A stretch of DNA of 32,000 nt from Synechococcus elongatus PCC 6301 (GCF_000010065.1 NC_006576.1:1410001-1442000); one strand, 5' to 3'. Positions 19,263-29,805 are shown, counted from the stretch's first letter. A program made the numbers and translations. The notes: generated from the letters alone by a model not told the origin.

Positions 19263-20411
19263 CTACTTCGCGAGTTCAGCTGCCGCTGCGGCAACCCCTG
19301 CACCCGAGGTGAAGTTGCTGTAGCCCAAGCCAGTCAGAGCCGCTTCGATCGCGGCGATCGCGGTCAACACATCGCGACCCGAGACAAAGCCCAAGTGGCC
19401 AATCCGGAAGATTTTGCCCTTCAGGTCGTCTTGACCGCCCGCCAGCAGAATATCGAAGTGCTTTTTGGTGAAGCTGCGGATGTCTTCAGCGGCAACTTCC
19501 ACCGGCGCGACTGCTGTAATTGCCGGGCTACCCACTTCATCAGCGGCGTAGAGCGGCAGGTTGAGCGCCTTGATCGCAGCGCGGGTGGCGCGGGTCAGTT
19601 TCGCATGGCGCGCAAAGATATTTTCCAGACCTTCGCGCTGCATGATTTTCAGGGCAGCATCGAGGGCGTAGTAGAGGTTGACTGGCGGTGTGAAGGGATT
19701 GGAATCCTTCTGGGCCGCTTTGCGGTACTTGCCAAGGTCGAGGTAGAACTTGGGCAACGTCGCCGTTTCGTAGGCTTTCCAAGCGCGATCGCTGACCGCT
19801 ACAAAACCCAGTCCGGGCGGAATCATGTAGCCTTTTTGCGAACCCGAGGCGACAACATCCAAGCCCCAAGCATCGATCGGCACATTGGCCGCACCCAAGC
19901 TGGTGACTGCATCAACAATGCTCAGCGCACCATGGGCGCGAATGTAACCGCTGATCGTTTCGAGGTCGTTGATCACCCCCGTCGAGGTTTCACTGTGGGT
20001 GAGGATGACCGCTTTGATTTGCTTATCGGTGTCCGCTTCCAACTTGGCGCGAATCGCTTCCGGATCGAGCGGTTTGCCCCAAGGCGCTTGCACGAGGTCA
20101 ACATCCAGCCCAAAAGCTTGCGCCAGCTTGACCCAACGCTCGCCGAACTTACCGTTTTCGCAGCAGAGAACGCGATCGCCTGCACTGAGGAAGTTGATGA
20201 TGCCCGCTTCCATGGCACCCGTACCGCTGCTGCAAAGCACCAAGACATTACCCGTCGTTTGGTGCAACCACTTCAGACCGGCGGTGGTGTCAGCGACCAA
20301 GCGGCTAAAGTCAGCGCTGCGGTGCCCAATCGGATGCTTGGCCATCGCTAGCAAGACCTGCTCCGGCACCGGCGTCGGGCCGGGGATCATCAGCATCAAT
20401 TTGTCTTCCAT
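19263..20411 (-). CDS. Alanine/serine-glyoxylate-type aminotransferase (PLP class V; often annotated 'soluble hydrogenase 42 kDa subunit')
   Basis: 382 aa ORF. MLMIPGPTPVPEQVLLAMAKHPIGHRS; VTSLGAANVPIDAWGLDVVASGSQKGYMIPPGL (PLP-Lys context); VFRIGHLG-like KIFRIGHLGFVSGRDVL. Confidence 0.9.
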   Translation of the reverse strand: MEDKLMLMIPGPTPVPEQVLLAMAKHPIGHRSADFSRLVADTTAGLKWLHQTTGNVLVLCSSGTGAMEAGIINFLSAGDRVLCCENGKFGERWVKLAQAFGLDVDLVQAPWGKPLDPEAIRAKLEADTDKQIKAVILTHSETSTGVINDLETISGYIRAHGALSIVDAVTSLGAANVPIDAWGLDVVASGSQKGYMIPPGLGFVAVSDRAWKAYETATLPKFYLDLGKYRKAAQKDSNPFTPPVNLYYALDAALKIMQREGLENIFARHAKLTRATRAAIKALNLPLYAADEVGSPAITAVAPVEVAAEDIRSFTKKHFDILLAGGQDDLKGKIFRIGHLGFVSGRDVLTAIAAIEAALTGLGYSNFTSGAGVAAAAAELAK

Positions 20412-20485
20412 GGGGCCAGCTTCGCTTGAATCGTGCAGAAACTACTAGCCTACGATCTGCGCTCTCTAATCGGAAAGATTCTGGG

Positions 20486-21610
20486 ATGGCTCGTTCGGGG
20501 TATACCTTGCCAGTGTTTGCTTGTGCAGCTGCGATCGCGGCGTTGCAACGGCTGCGCCAACCAGCAGCCAGTATTCAAAGTGTCGATTGTCACTTGATTG
20601 ATCCGGATCAAACAGTGGCGATCGCGATTGAACAGGTGGCGCCTTTGAGTCCCGATCGCGCCTTGGCGATTTGCCGCAGTGATCCAGGCGATAACCTCGA
20701 CCTGACGCGGGGGACTCCGATTTGGGCTGAAGTGCAGCTCAGTCCGCGATCGCCCGACCAAGATTCGCTGGCGATCGAAGCGGGTGAAGGGATTGGTCAC
20801 AGCGAAACCGGCCCTGCCATTTATGACTACGCCCAGCGCTTATTGCGAGCAAATCTATTGCCGCTGCTCCAGACTAATGAGCAGTTAACCGTTCGACTGA
20901 TTCTGCCAGAGGGTCGGCGACTGGCGGAACGCACCGCGAATGCTGCCTTTGGCGTAGTTGAAGGACTGTCGCTACTGGGAACTCACGGCGTCGCCGAAGC
21001 CTTGAGTGCGCCCGAGCAGCTGCAAGTTTTCCGCGATCGCCTGCGTCAGCTTTCCGCTGATCCCGATCTGGTGATCTTTTGCATTGGTGAAAACGGACTG
21101 GATCTCTCGCAAAAAATCGGATTGCCCCGCGATCGCCAATTGAAAACGGCGAACTGGCTAGGGCCGTTGCTCGTCGAAGCGGGTTTGCTGGGCATCCCGC
21201 GGATTCTTCTGTTTGGCTATCACGGCAAACTCCTGAAACTGGCGGGCAGTATTTTCCATACCCATCACCATGTTGCGGATGCCCGCCGCGAAATTCTGGC
21301 GGCCTACGCGATCGCGGCTGGAGCTTCCCTAGAGCAAGTACGATCGCTGCTGGACTTCCCAACAGTTGATGCTGCCACTCAGTATCTGGATCAGACCGAT
21401 CCAGCCTTAGCCAGTCGTTTGTGGCCGCAAATTGCCGAAGCGATCGTCGATCGCAGTCAGGCTTACATCCGTCGCTACAGTGAGCAAATTCCAGAAATTG
21501 GTGTGGTGCTGTTTGGACGCGATCGCCAGTTGCTCACGGCCTCATCTCAGGCCCAGACTTGGCTGACGAACCGAGCGATCGCCCAGCCGCTACGCTACCC
21601 CAGCGCATAA
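20486..21610 (+). CDS. cbiD: Cobalt-precorrin-5B C1-methyltransferase
   Basis: [18 protein letters not shown] at the N-terminus, [36 protein letters not shown]. Start 20486 inferred from the canonical CbiD N-terminus; the ORF track begins at 20426. Confidence 0.85.
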   Translation: MARSGYTLPVFACAAAIAALQRLRQPAASIQSVDCHLIDPDQTVAIAIEQVAPLSPDRALAICRSDPGDNLDLTRGTPIWAEVQLSPRSPDQDSLAIEAGEGIGHSETGPAIYDYAQRLLRANLLPLLQTNEQLTVRLILPEGRRLAERTANAAFGVVEGLSLLGTHGVAEALSAPEQLQVFRDRLRQLSADPDLVIFCIGENGLDLSQKIGLPRDRQLKTANWLGPLLVEAGLLGIPRILLFGYHGKLLKLAGSIFHTHHHVADARREILAAYAIAAGASLEQVRSLLDFPTVDAATQYLDQTDPALASRLWPQIAEAIVDRSQAYIRRYSEQIPEIGVVLFGRDRQLLTASSQAQTWLTNRAIAQPLRYPSA

Positions 21611-21747
21611 ATCCCCGTGATAAATTGGGGGAATCTTCAGCCCGGAAACCGAATATCAGCGTCAGCGGACGATGGCTTGTTCACCCCGCGATCGCGGCCT
21701 TCAGTTCTGCGTTTCCCGGTTGTTTTTGCCCCTTGCCGAGCCCTGCC

Positions 21748-23352
21748 GTGACGCTCCAGACTGAAATGGAGGCTGCACTTGAAGTTGCAGCCTTGAACCG
21801 TGAAATGTTGATCATTCTGGACTTCGGGTCGCAGTACTCGGAGCTGATTGCTCGCCGCATTCGCGAAACGCAAGTTTATTCAGAAGTGCTGTCCTACCGC
21901 ACCACGGCGGATCAAATTCGGCAGCTGTCTCCCAAGGGCATCATCCTTTCAGGCGGCCCTAATTCGGTCTACGACGACTACGCGCCAGTTTGCGATCCAG
22001 AAATCTGGAATCTGGGAATTCCGGTGCTGGGCGTCTGCTACGGCATGCAGCTGATGGTGCAACAGCTAGGGGGCCAAGTCGATCGCGCCGAGCGTGGCGA
22101 ATATGGCAAGGCAGCGTTGGTCATCGACGATCCGACCGATTTGCTGACCAACGTCGAACCGGGCTCGACCATGTGGATGAGCCATGGCGACTCTGTCAAA
22201 ACCATGCCCGAGGGCTTTGAGCTGCTCGCCCACACCGATAACACCCCCTGCGCTGCGATCGCGGATCACCAGCGCAAGTTCTACGGCGTGCAGTTCCACC
22301 CGGAAGTCGTGCATTCCGTGCATGGCATGGCGCTGATTCGCAACTTTGTCTATCACATTTGCGATTGCGAACCGACTTGGACAACGGAAACCTTTGTCGA
22401 AGAAGCGATTCGCGAAATTCGGGCACGAGTCGGTGATAAGCGCGTTCTCCTAGCGCTATCCGGCGGTGTAGATTCTTCGACGCTGGCCTTCCTGTTACAT
22501 CGGGCAATCGGCGATCAGCTGACCTGTATGTTCATTGATCAGGGCTTCATGCGCAAAGGCGAACCGGAGCGCTTGATGGAGGTATTCAACGAGAAATTCA
22601 AGATTCATGTTGAATATATTCAAGCTCGCGATCGCTTCTTACAGCGACTGGAAGGCATCACCGATCCCGAAGAAAAACGCAAACGGATTGGCCACGAATT
22701 CATTCGCGTTTTTGAAGAAGAATCGCGTCGGCTCGGCCCCTTCGACTATCTGGCCCAAGGCACGCTCTATCCCGATGTGATTGAGTCGGCAGACACTAAC
22801 GTCGATCCCAAAACGGGCGAGCGAGTGGCGGTCAAGATCAAGAGCCACCACAACGTCGGTGGTCTGCCCAAAGACCTCCAGTTCAAGCTAGTTGAACCGC
22901 TGCGGCGTCTGTTCAAAGATGAAGTGCGTCAGGTTGGGCGATCGCTGGGTCTACCAGAAGAAATCGTCAAGCGCCATCCGTTCCCAGGCCCGGGCCTCGC
23001 GATTCGGATTCTGGGTGAAGTCACAGCTGAAAAGCTCAACATCCTGCGCGATGCAGACTTGATTGTTCGCCAGGAAGTCAACCGTCAGGGCTATTACGAC
23101 GAGTTCTGGCAAGCCTTCGCTGTGCTGCTGCCGGTCAAGAGTGTCGGTGTGATGGGCGACAAGCGCACCTACGCCTACCCTGTTGTGCTGCGTTTTGTCA
23201 GCAGTGAAGACGGCATGACCGCTGACTGGTCGCGGGCTCCCTACGACCTACTGGAGACGATTTCGAATCGGATTGTCAACGAAGTGAAAGGCGTCAACCG
23301 CGTCGTCTACGACATCACCTCGAAACCCCCTGGCACGATCGAGTGGGAATGA
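21748..23352 (+). CDS. guaA: GMP synthase (glutamine-hydrolysing)
   Basis: [86 protein letters not shown]-terminal KPPGTIEWE. Start GTG 21748 is a judgement (ATG 21766 is also possible). The ORF track extends to 21559. Confidence 0.96.
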   Translation: MTLQTEMEAALEVAALNREMLIILDFGSQYSELIARRIRETQVYSEVLSYRTTADQIRQLSPKGIILSGGPNSVYDDYAPVCDPEIWNLGIPVLGVCYGMQLMVQQLGGQVDRAERGEYGKAALVIDDPTDLLTNVEPGSTMWMSHGDSVKTMPEGFELLAHTDNTPCAAIADHQRKFYGVQFHPEVVHSVHGMALIRNFVYHICDCEPTWTTETFVEEAIREIRARVGDKRVLLALSGGVDSSTLAFLLHRAIGDQLTCMFIDQGFMRKGEPERLMEVFNEKFKIHVEYIQARDRFLQRLEGITDPEEKRKRIGHEFIRVFEEESRRLGPFDYLAQGTLYPDVIESADTNVDPKTGERVAVKIKSHHNVGGLPKDLQFKLVEPLRRLFKDEVRQVGRSLGLPEEIVKRHPFPGPGLAIRILGEVTAEKLNILRDADLIVRQEVNRQGYYDEFWQAFAVLLPVKSVGVMGDKRTYAYPVVLRFVSSEDGMTADWSRAPYDLLETISNRIVNEVKGVNRVVYDITSKPPGTIEWE

Positions 23353-23380
23353 TCACCGCTCTATAAGTTGTTGTTGAATG

Positions 23381-23416
23381 AACGCTCTCTAGTCAGTCCT
23401 AGGGAGCGTTGTTTTT
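23381..23416 (+). terminator. Rho-independent terminator downstream of guaA
   Basis: AACGCTCTCTAG-tcagtc-CTAGGGAGCGTT followed by GTTTTT. 12-bp stem with one G.U pair, just after the guaA stop. Confidence 0.82.
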
Positions 23417-23464
23417 AGGGATAACGGCAGAGCAGTCAGCAATGAAGAGGCGATCGCAGTAGGA

Positions 23465-25201
23465 CTACCAAGCGGGAGCTTGGGGCGATCGCGCCACTTG
23501 CAGCGCTTCTTCAATGGTCAACGGTGCGGAGTAGGCCAACCCTTGCATGGCGTCACATTCGGCCCGTGCCAAGAACTTGGCTTGGTCAACCGTATCAACG
23601 CCCCGCGCCACAATCCGCACCTTGAGGGCTTGCGACATAGCTACGACCCCCCGCACGATCGCGCGATCGTTGGCATCATCAGGGAGCCCGCGCACAAACC
23701 GGCGTTCCAGTTTGAGGGTCGTTAGAGGCAAGTTACGCAGGTCATACAGACCAATCGAGCGGCTACCGAAATCAGCGAGGCCAATGCCAATGCCTAAATC
23801 GCGCACCGCATAGACCCAATCCCAAGACTCGGCGGCAGACTCCGCTAAGCTCTGAGCAGGCAGATCGAGCTCTAGCTGCTCGGGCGGGATCTGGTAGGTT
23901 TCCAGCAAGCTGCGCAAGTCATGGATAAAGCTGGGTGACTTCCACTGTTGCGGCAACAGCGATAGAGCAAACAGACCACTAAATTGGGCACTGTTTCGCC
24001 ATTGGCTAAGCAATTGACCCGCTTGATCGAGGAACCAGCGCCCCACCGTTTCTCGGTGCTGGGACTGTTCTAAATGCTCCATCAGTTGCGAGGCCAGCAA
24101 GGTGCCTTGTTGGGGATGCTGCCAGCGTAGCTGAACTTCAAATCCCCGCAATTGGCGGTTGCGCAGGCCCATTTGAGGTTGCAGAGCGAGTGTCAGTTCA
24201 CCTGCTGCGATCGCCTGTTGCCAATCGCGATCGCGGGAATACTGCTCTGGAGCTGCCACAATGGCACTCGCTTCGAGACTGAGGTGACCTTGTTGCTGCG
24301 ATCGCGCTGTCATGGCAGCGGCTTCCGCCGCTTGGAGCAAGACCGTAGCAGGAGTCTCTGGGGTCAGGGGGACGATGCCGATATGAGCACCGCCCTCAAA
24401 CCCAGCCAAACGATCGCGAATCAAGGTTTGAATGCCGTGAGCTCGCTCTTCTGCTCGGAGTTGCACATCGGGATCGAGCAGCAGCAACCCAAATTGATGG
24501 TGGTTGAGGTGCGCTAGGGTTTCGTGGGGACGAACGTAGGCCTGAAGCCGATTGGCAATGATTTCAAGGTTTTCCTCAGCATCAGGGCTGAGGCTCGGGC
24601 TGCCATCGAGGTGTGCTGGCAGACCTAAATCAATCAACAGCAAGGCACCCGGTACGCCGCTAAATTGACTCCAAGCCAGCGCTTGATTCAAGCGATCGAG
24701 GAAAAGCTGACGTTTGGGTAGACCCGAATGCTCGTCGTAAATGCCCTGGCGCTGCAGCGCCTGTTCCTGCTCTTTAAAGGCCGTGATATCGCGTTGCAAC
24801 GCGACGTAGTGCGAGACCTTGCCTTGACCGTCCGTAATCGGTGCGATCGTCAGCTGATTCCAAAACAACGAGCCATCTTTGCGGTAGTTACGCAGAACAA
24901 CTTCGCAGGCTTGACCGTTGCGAATGGCTTGCCGGAGCGTGGTAATACCAGGCTGGGCGCGATCGCTTCCCTGCAGAAAACGACAACTTTTACCGAGCGC
25001 TTCGGCGGCGTTGTAGCCAGTTAGCTTTTTAAAGGCCGAATTGACGTAGGTCAGGATCAAATCAGGATGCGTAGCATCTGCGATCGCCACACCCTGTCCC
25101 GATGCTTCAAGAGCCGCCAGCCAAAATCGCGATCGATCCGACAGACTCAAGTCATCTGTGGCAAGTTGATCCGCGGTTGGCACCATAGGACGGGCAATCA
25201 T
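23465..25201 (-). CDS. LOV/PAS - GGDEF-like - EAL-like signalling protein (output domains look degenerate)
   Basis: 578 aa ORF. LOV-like VNSAFKKLTGYNAAEALGKSCRFLQGSD...VVLRNYRKDGSLFWNQLTIAPI; GGDEF position reads LNHHQFGLLLL; EAL-like GFEVQLRWQHPQQG and LADFGSRSIGLYDLRNLPLTTLKLERRFV. Confidence 0.88.
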   Translation of the reverse strand: MIARPMVPTADQLATDDLSLSDRSRFWLAALEASGQGVAIADATHPDLILTYVNSAFKKLTGYNAAEALGKSCRFLQGSDRAQPGITTLRQAIRNGQACEVVLRNYRKDGSLFWNQLTIAPITDGQGKVSHYVALQRDITAFKEQEQALQRQGIYDEHSGLPKRQLFLDRLNQALAWSQFSGVPGALLLIDLGLPAHLDGSPSLSPDAEENLEIIANRLQAYVRPHETLAHLNHHQFGLLLLDPDVQLRAEERAHGIQTLIRDRLAGFEGGAHIGIVPLTPETPATVLLQAAEAAAMTARSQQQGHLSLEASAIVAAPEQYSRDRDWQQAIAAGELTLALQPQMGLRNRQLRGFEVQLRWQHPQQGTLLASQLMEHLEQSQHRETVGRWFLDQAGQLLSQWRNSAQFSGLFALSLLPQQWKSPSFIHDLRSLLETYQIPPEQLELDLPAQSLAESAAESWDWVYAVRDLGIGIGLADFGSRSIGLYDLRNLPLTTLKLERRFVRGLPDDANDRAIVRGVVAMSQALKVRIVARGVDTVDQAKFLARAECDAMQGLAYSAPLTIEEALQVARSPQAPAW

Positions 25202-25406
25202 AGCAATTGCGGCTCTAATGTCCCGTTTAGATTAAGAGACTGAGGTTAAGTTTCTTTTAAGGCCGTTTCTTAATCCGCCAGACTCAGTTCCAGAGCGATC
25301 GCTCGTTAAAGCCTCCTCTTCAGCTGCCGATCAGACGCAGTGAGTTGCCATCGGCGATCGCAGACTGCCGTTACCTCGCCGGATTCCCGCTTAAATAAGA
25401 CAATCC

Positions 25407-26465
25407 TTGCCTGTCTCCGACATGCTGTCCCTTGCGATCGCTACGCTTGTTGTCCTGTTGGGCTCTGCTATCTGTTCGGCCAGTGAAGCCGCCCTACTCT
25501 CGCTCCCGCTGATTCGAGTCCGTCAACTGGCAGAGTCCCGCCGCCCAGCGGCCCTTGCCTTGCTGGCGATCAAAGAGCAGATTAGCCGTCCCTTGGCAGC
25601 CTTAGTTGTCCTCAACAACCTCTTCAACATCCTCGGCAGCATCATCATCGGGAGTCTGGCTGCGCAGGTCTTGCAATCCGCTTGGATCGGCATTTTTTCG
25701 GCGGTACTGACCCTGCTGATCATTCTGTTTGGCGAAATTGTTCCCAAAACCCTAGGGACTCGTTTTGCCCAAACCCTCGCTTTGGTTTCCGCCCAACCCC
25801 TGCGCTGGCTGACACGCTTACTGTTGCCAATCATCTGGCTGCTGGAGCATTTCACAGCACCCTTCAATGAGGGCAGTCCGCAACTGACGACGGACGAGCA
25901 AGAGATTCAACTGCTCGCCAGCATTGGCCATCAGGAAGGTGCGATCGAGCAGGATGAGCTAGAGATGATTCAGCGCGTGTTTCAGCTCAATGATCTGAAT
26001 GCGTCGGATGTGATGACGCCCCGAGTGGCGATCACCTATCTCTGGGGCGAAGATCAGCTCGAGACTGTTAAGGCAGAAATCCTGGCCTCCCAACACAGCC
26101 GCATTGTCATTGTTGATGACAGTATTGATGCTGTTTGTGGCATTGCGCTGAAGACTGAACTGCTGGCTGCTCTTTTAGCAGGCCAAGGGGATTTACTGTT
26201 GTCGGCTTTGGCAAGACCCGCTCATTTTGTGCCAGAAACAGTGCGAGCCGACAAGTTGCTCAAGACCTTCCAAAAGGTACGCGAACATTTGTTCATCGTG
26301 CTGGATGAATATGGTGGCGTCGCTGGCGTGGTCACGCTAGAAGATGTGCTGGAAGTGCTGACGGGCGAGATTGTTGATGAAACCGATCGCAATGTCGATC
26401 TACGGGCGATCGCTCGTTTCCGGCGGCGGCAGATTCTGCATCAACGTGGCCTCGATGAAGCTTGA
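25407..26465 (+). CDS. CorB/HlyC (CNNM, DUF21-CBS) family transporter-like protein
   Basis: 352 aa ORF. SASEAALLSLPLIRVRQLAES, N-terminal TM block, CBS-pair region (DVMTPRVAITYL... FIVLDEYGGVAGVVTLEDVLEVLTGEIVDE). Confidence 0.88.
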   Translation: MPVSDMLSLAIATLVVLLGSAICSASEAALLSLPLIRVRQLAESRRPAALALLAIKEQISRPLAALVVLNNLFNILGSIIIGSLAAQVLQSAWIGIFSAVLTLLIILFGEIVPKTLGTRFAQTLALVSAQPLRWLTRLLLPIIWLLEHFTAPFNEGSPQLTTDEQEIQLLASIGHQEGAIEQDELEMIQRVFQLNDLNASDVMTPRVAITYLWGEDQLETVKAEILASQHSRIVIVDDSIDAVCGIALKTELLAALLAGQGDLLLSALARPAHFVPETVRADKLLKTFQKVREHLFIVLDEYGGVAGVVTLEDVLEVLTGEIVDETDRNVDLRAIARFRRRQILHQRGLDEA

Positions 26466-26471
26466 TTCCCC

Positions 26472-26723
26472 TTAATTGACGTAGAGCATCCGTGCCTGCT
26501 CAAACACCTGAGTCAGTTCAGCATCCGATAGCTGTAAGGCAGTCGGAGCAGCGGTTCGCAAATACTGGCGCAAGCGGGCAGCATCGAGAGGCGATCGCGT
26601 TCCGGTTTGGAGTGCAGCTTGGCTCAGAAAGGGATCAAAAAATTCTTCCTGAGCAGCGAGGACGCGAAACTTGAGGAATTCCAACAGTTTGGCTTTGAGG
26701 ATTGGTGCTGTGGTGCTCGACAT
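26472..26723 (-). CDS. Conserved hypothetical small protein (start could be 26792)
   Basis: ORF continuing MSSTTAPILKAKLLEFLKFRVLAAQEEFFDPFLSQ...LYVN. The 26723 start avoids overlap with the upstream gene; the ORF track uses 26792. Confidence 0.55.
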   Translation of the reverse strand: MSSTTAPILKAKLLEFLKFRVLAAQEEFFDPFLSQAALQTGTRSPLDAARLRQYLRTAAPTALQLSDAELTQVFEQARMLYVN

Positions 26724-26736
26724 CGACTGACCTCCA

Positions 26737-28263
26737 TCAACAGCAACCATAGACGCCCGATCGCCGTGGATCGCCCGCTCCACAAAATTCACCAGTCGCT
26801 GTCAGTCCCACGGCATGCACGCCGCCAAAGAACATGTTGGGAGTAGTCCAAGCGATCGCAGTTTCAGAGGGTTGACTTGCTGCTTCAATCCCCGCAGGGT
26901 CCCAGCCTGGCTCCCAGTTCAACACTCCAGCCTCCCAATGCAGCCGAGGAGCCGCGATCGCCTCAGCAAGTGCGTAGCCTTCGACCGCCCAGCGATGAAT
27001 CACCTGCAGAATGGCCGTGCGAATCCGGTTGGAGCCGCCGGAGCCAAGCACCAAATGCGGGCGATCGTCTTCGCCCCAAAGCAGGCTGGGCGACATCATC
27101 GAGCCGAGGCGTTGCCCCAGCGGCCAGCGATGAAAACCCAAAGGGTGCAGATCGGCTTCGCCCAGCATGTTGTTGAGCATGATGCCGGTGTCCGGCAGGA
27201 CATGACCGCAACCTTCGCCATTGGAACTGGTGAGGCTGGCAGCGTTGCCTTCGGCATCAATGACACTGATATGCGTGGTGCTGCCCAGCCGATTCAGCCA
27301 GCCGGCAGCGGCTTGCTCAAAAGCGGCACCTGTCAGAAATTGGCGATCGATGCCAGCTTGTTGCAGTGCGCCATCCAAAAAGTCGCGGCGAGCCCTATTG
27401 GTCAACCGCATCAGCTGTACAAGATCCTGCGGATGCTGCTGAGGATTGAGGTTGATTACAGACTGATTGAGGAGCGACAAGGCAAAGGCAATCAGCAGAC
27501 CACCACTGCTGGGTGGCGGATTGGTTAGCAGACGATAGTTGCCGAAGGGAATCGCGAGGGGCGATCGCACGGCGACGGGATACTGCTGCAAATCCGTCAG
27601 TTGCAAGTTGCCGCCGGCCGCGCAGTAATTGGCGATCGCAGGCAACAGTTCGTGTTCGTAGAAGGCCTGACCCTTGGGCGCAGCCAACTCTTCTAAAACG
27701 GCAGCTAAGTCAGTGTTTCTAAAGCGATCGCCCGATCGCAGCGGTTGACCCTGCGGCTGGTAGAGCGATCGCGCTTCTGGCGTTGCAGTCACGATCGGAT
27801 CCAGTAGCCGAAAGCAGTATTCACCAAAGGCATTGATTTCTACTCCTTCGCGGCCCAGAGCGATCGCCGGTTCCAAGACGACTGAGCGCGGCAGCCGTCC
27901 CAGTTCGGCCTGCACTCGCAGCAGCCCAGCCAAGAGTCCGGGTACGGCCACAGAGCCTAAACCGATATGAAACTCCTGAATCGCATCGCCAAAATCAACC
28001 CCAACGGGATAGAAATCCTGTGGTTCTGGCGATCGCTGACTGGGCGTCTGGCAAAAGAAGTCATAGAGGCGGGGGCTTTGGTGGGGCTGGGCTGCGAGCA
28101 GAAAGCCACCTCCAGCCGGGGAGGTCAGTAGAGGCTCGGTGATCCACGAAGCCGCCAGAGCTGCGATCGCGGCATCAAAAGCATTGCCTCCCGCTTCCAA
28201 GGCCACTAGCCCAGCCGCAACGGTCTGTGGATGTCCGGCGGCGATCGCCCCCCGCTTAGCCAT
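26737..28263 (-). CDS. ggt: Gamma-glutamyltransferase
   Basis: Start taken as ATG 28263 (MAKRGAIAAGHPQTVAAGLVALEAGGNAFDAAIAA). THISVIDAEGNAASLTSSNGEGCG (small-subunit N-terminal Thr region), MLNNMLGE, GSMMSPSLL, LGSGGSNRIRTAI. Confidence 0.92.
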   Translation of the reverse strand: MAKRGAIAAGHPQTVAAGLVALEAGGNAFDAAIAALAASWITEPLLTSPAGGGFLLAAQPHQSPRLYDFFCQTPSQRSPEPQDFYPVGVDFGDAIQEFHIGLGSVAVPGLLAGLLRVQAELGRLPRSVVLEPAIALGREGVEINAFGEYCFRLLDPIVTATPEARSLYQPQGQPLRSGDRFRNTDLAAVLEELAAPKGQAFYEHELLPAIANYCAAGGNLQLTDLQQYPVAVRSPLAIPFGNYRLLTNPPPSSGGLLIAFALSLLNQSVINLNPQQHPQDLVQLMRLTNRARRDFLDGALQQAGIDRQFLTGAAFEQAAAGWLNRLGSTTHISVIDAEGNAASLTSSNGEGCGHVLPDTGIMLNNMLGEADLHPLGFHRWPLGQRLGSMMSPSLLWGEDDRPHLVLGSGGSNRIRTAILQVIHRWAVEGYALAEAIAAPRLHWEAGVLNWEPGWDPAGIEAASQPSETAIAWTTPNMFFGGVHAVGLTATGEFCGAGDPRRSGVYGCC

Positions 28264-28327
28264 GCTGGTCCTCAGTGACTGCCGCGATCGTCGCAGCTTG
28301 CCGAGAGCCTGACAACAACGGTGAGCA

Positions 28328-29419
28328 TCAGGCCCAAATCGCACGCCCGAGACTGTAGAGCAACAGTGCCGAGCCAATCGCGATCGGCAGGGTAATCAGC
28401 CAAGTCCAGAGCAAGCGTCGGATTGTCTGGCGGTTGAGGGCTGTCTGGGTGGCGAGTGTGCTGCCAGCAATGCCCGCCGTCAGGACTTGCGTGGTGCTGA
28501 TCGGCAACCCCCAACGACTGGCCGTCAGGATTGTGGCAGTGGTTACCGCAGCAGAAGAGAGGGATTGGGCGGTGGTTAAGGGGCGATCGCCCATGGCTTC
28601 GCCGAGGGTGTGGGTGATCCGTTGCCAGCCAATCAGGGTACCGATCGCCAGACTGAGGGCAACGGTTACTTTGATACCGAGGGGTAAGTGGTGCTGCTCC
28701 AACGCAGTCGCAAAGCGATCGGGCAAGGCTGTCGCCAGAATCAAGAGCAGCAGTCCCATGCCCTTTTGCCCATCGTTGGTGCCGTGGCTGAAGCTCATGC
28801 CCGCGGTAGCCAGCAAGAGACTACTACGGGTTGGCCAAGTCAGGGTTGGCTCTGCCAAGGATTCCAGTTGGTCTAGGCTAGTTGGCAAGCGCGATCGCAC
28901 CAGACTCAGCAATCCGTAGGCCAGAGCAAAGCCCAGCAACGGCGAGAGTAGCAGCGCTTCTAGCGTGGCGGGGAGCGGTGGCACCGTCAAAGCCTGCCAA
29001 GTCCAGGACTGCTCACTCCACAGTTGCCCCCAGTGAACACCAATCAACGCCCCGATCAGGGTTTGTGAACTGGAGAGGGGAATGCCCCGCCACCACGTCA
29101 GCCAGTTCCAGGCGATCGCCACCAATAACAGCGCTGCCACGGCCCACCAGTCTGGGGTCTGCCCTGCCGTGGTTGGCGGTAAGAGCGCCACAATCCCAAA
29201 GGCGACTGCACCGGACGAGGCGATCGCCCCCACGAGATTCCAAAGGCTACTCCAAATCACGGCGGTAAAAGGCGTCAGTACGCGACTGTAGACCAGCGGC
29301 GCGATCGTGTTGGCGCTGTCGTGGAAGCCGTTGATCAGTTCAAACAGGAGGCAGAGCAACACCCCTAAGATCAGCCAACTGCGATCGCTACTGCCCAGTT
29401 CCAGTAAGGCCGCGATCAT
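28328..29419 (-). CDS. Inorganic phosphate transporter, PiT family
   Basis: 363 aa multi-TM ORF. FELINGFHDSANTIAPLVYSRVLTP and the inverted duplicated signature FSHGTNDGQKGMGLLLLIL; AGIAGSTLATQT region. Confidence 0.92.
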   Translation of the reverse strand: MIAALLELGSSDRSWLILGVLLCLLFELINGFHDSANTIAPLVYSRVLTPFTAVIWSSLWNLVGAIASSGAVAFGIVALLPPTTAGQTPDWWAVAALLLVAIAWNWLTWWRGIPLSSSQTLIGALIGVHWGQLWSEQSWTWQALTVPPLPATLEALLLSPLLGFALAYGLLSLVRSRLPTSLDQLESLAEPTLTWPTRSSLLLATAGMSFSHGTNDGQKGMGLLLLILATALPDRFATALEQHHLPLGIKVTVALSLAIGTLIGWQRITHTLGEAMGDRPLTTAQSLSSAAVTTATILTASRWGLPISTTQVLTAGIAGSTLATQTALNRQTIRRLLWTWLITLPIAIGSALLLYSLGRAIWA

Positions 29420-29805
29420 GAGCGAGGCGGCAAGGACTCGGAGACAGCGATCGGGTCACTAGGATGTGCAAGCCGTCGCCGCAACCGCTGCACCGTCACA
29501 CCTGCTTCGATCGCAGAGCCAAGACCTACGGCGATCCAACCTAAACTGGCAGTTTTGAGGGCAGCCCAGGCAAAATTGGTAGCGCGATCTTCAAAGCTCA
29601 CGGAAGGCGTTCTGGCCCATGCGATCGCCCCGGAGAGGCTGCCGCTCCCCAGTGCTGCCAAAAAAGCAATCAACGCACCCAGCCAGTAGGCTTTCCAGCG
29701 TCTTTGATAGACATAACCGCCGCCATTACAGGTCAGGTTAAATAAAACTGCAATCCAAATCGCAGTTTCAGCCAGCGATCGCTGGCGTTCTTGAGGAGTC
29801 AGCAT
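29416..29805 (-). CDS. Hypothetical membrane protein, translationally coupled to the PiT gene
   Basis: 129 aa ORF with ~3 hydrophobic segments. Stop overlaps the PiT start by 4 nt. Confidence 0.7.
   Translation of the reverse strand: MLTPQERQRSLAETAIWIAVLFNLTCNGGGYVYQRRWKAYWLGALIAFLAALGSGSLSGAIAWARTPSVSFEDRATNFAWAALKTASLGWIAVGLGSAIEAGVTVQRLRRRLAHPSDPIAVSESLPPRS

Noticed and set aside
19395-20351. 318 aa plus-strand ORF opposite the aminotransferase gene
   Set aside because: It is antisense to a well-supported conserved CDS, its sequence shows no domain signature, and long spurious antisense ORFs are common in this GC-rich, HIP1-rich DNA.
26815-27528. 237 aa plus-strand ORF inside the ggt region
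   Set aside because: Antisense to the gamma-glutamyltransferase reading frame, with low-complexity, non-domain-like sequence.
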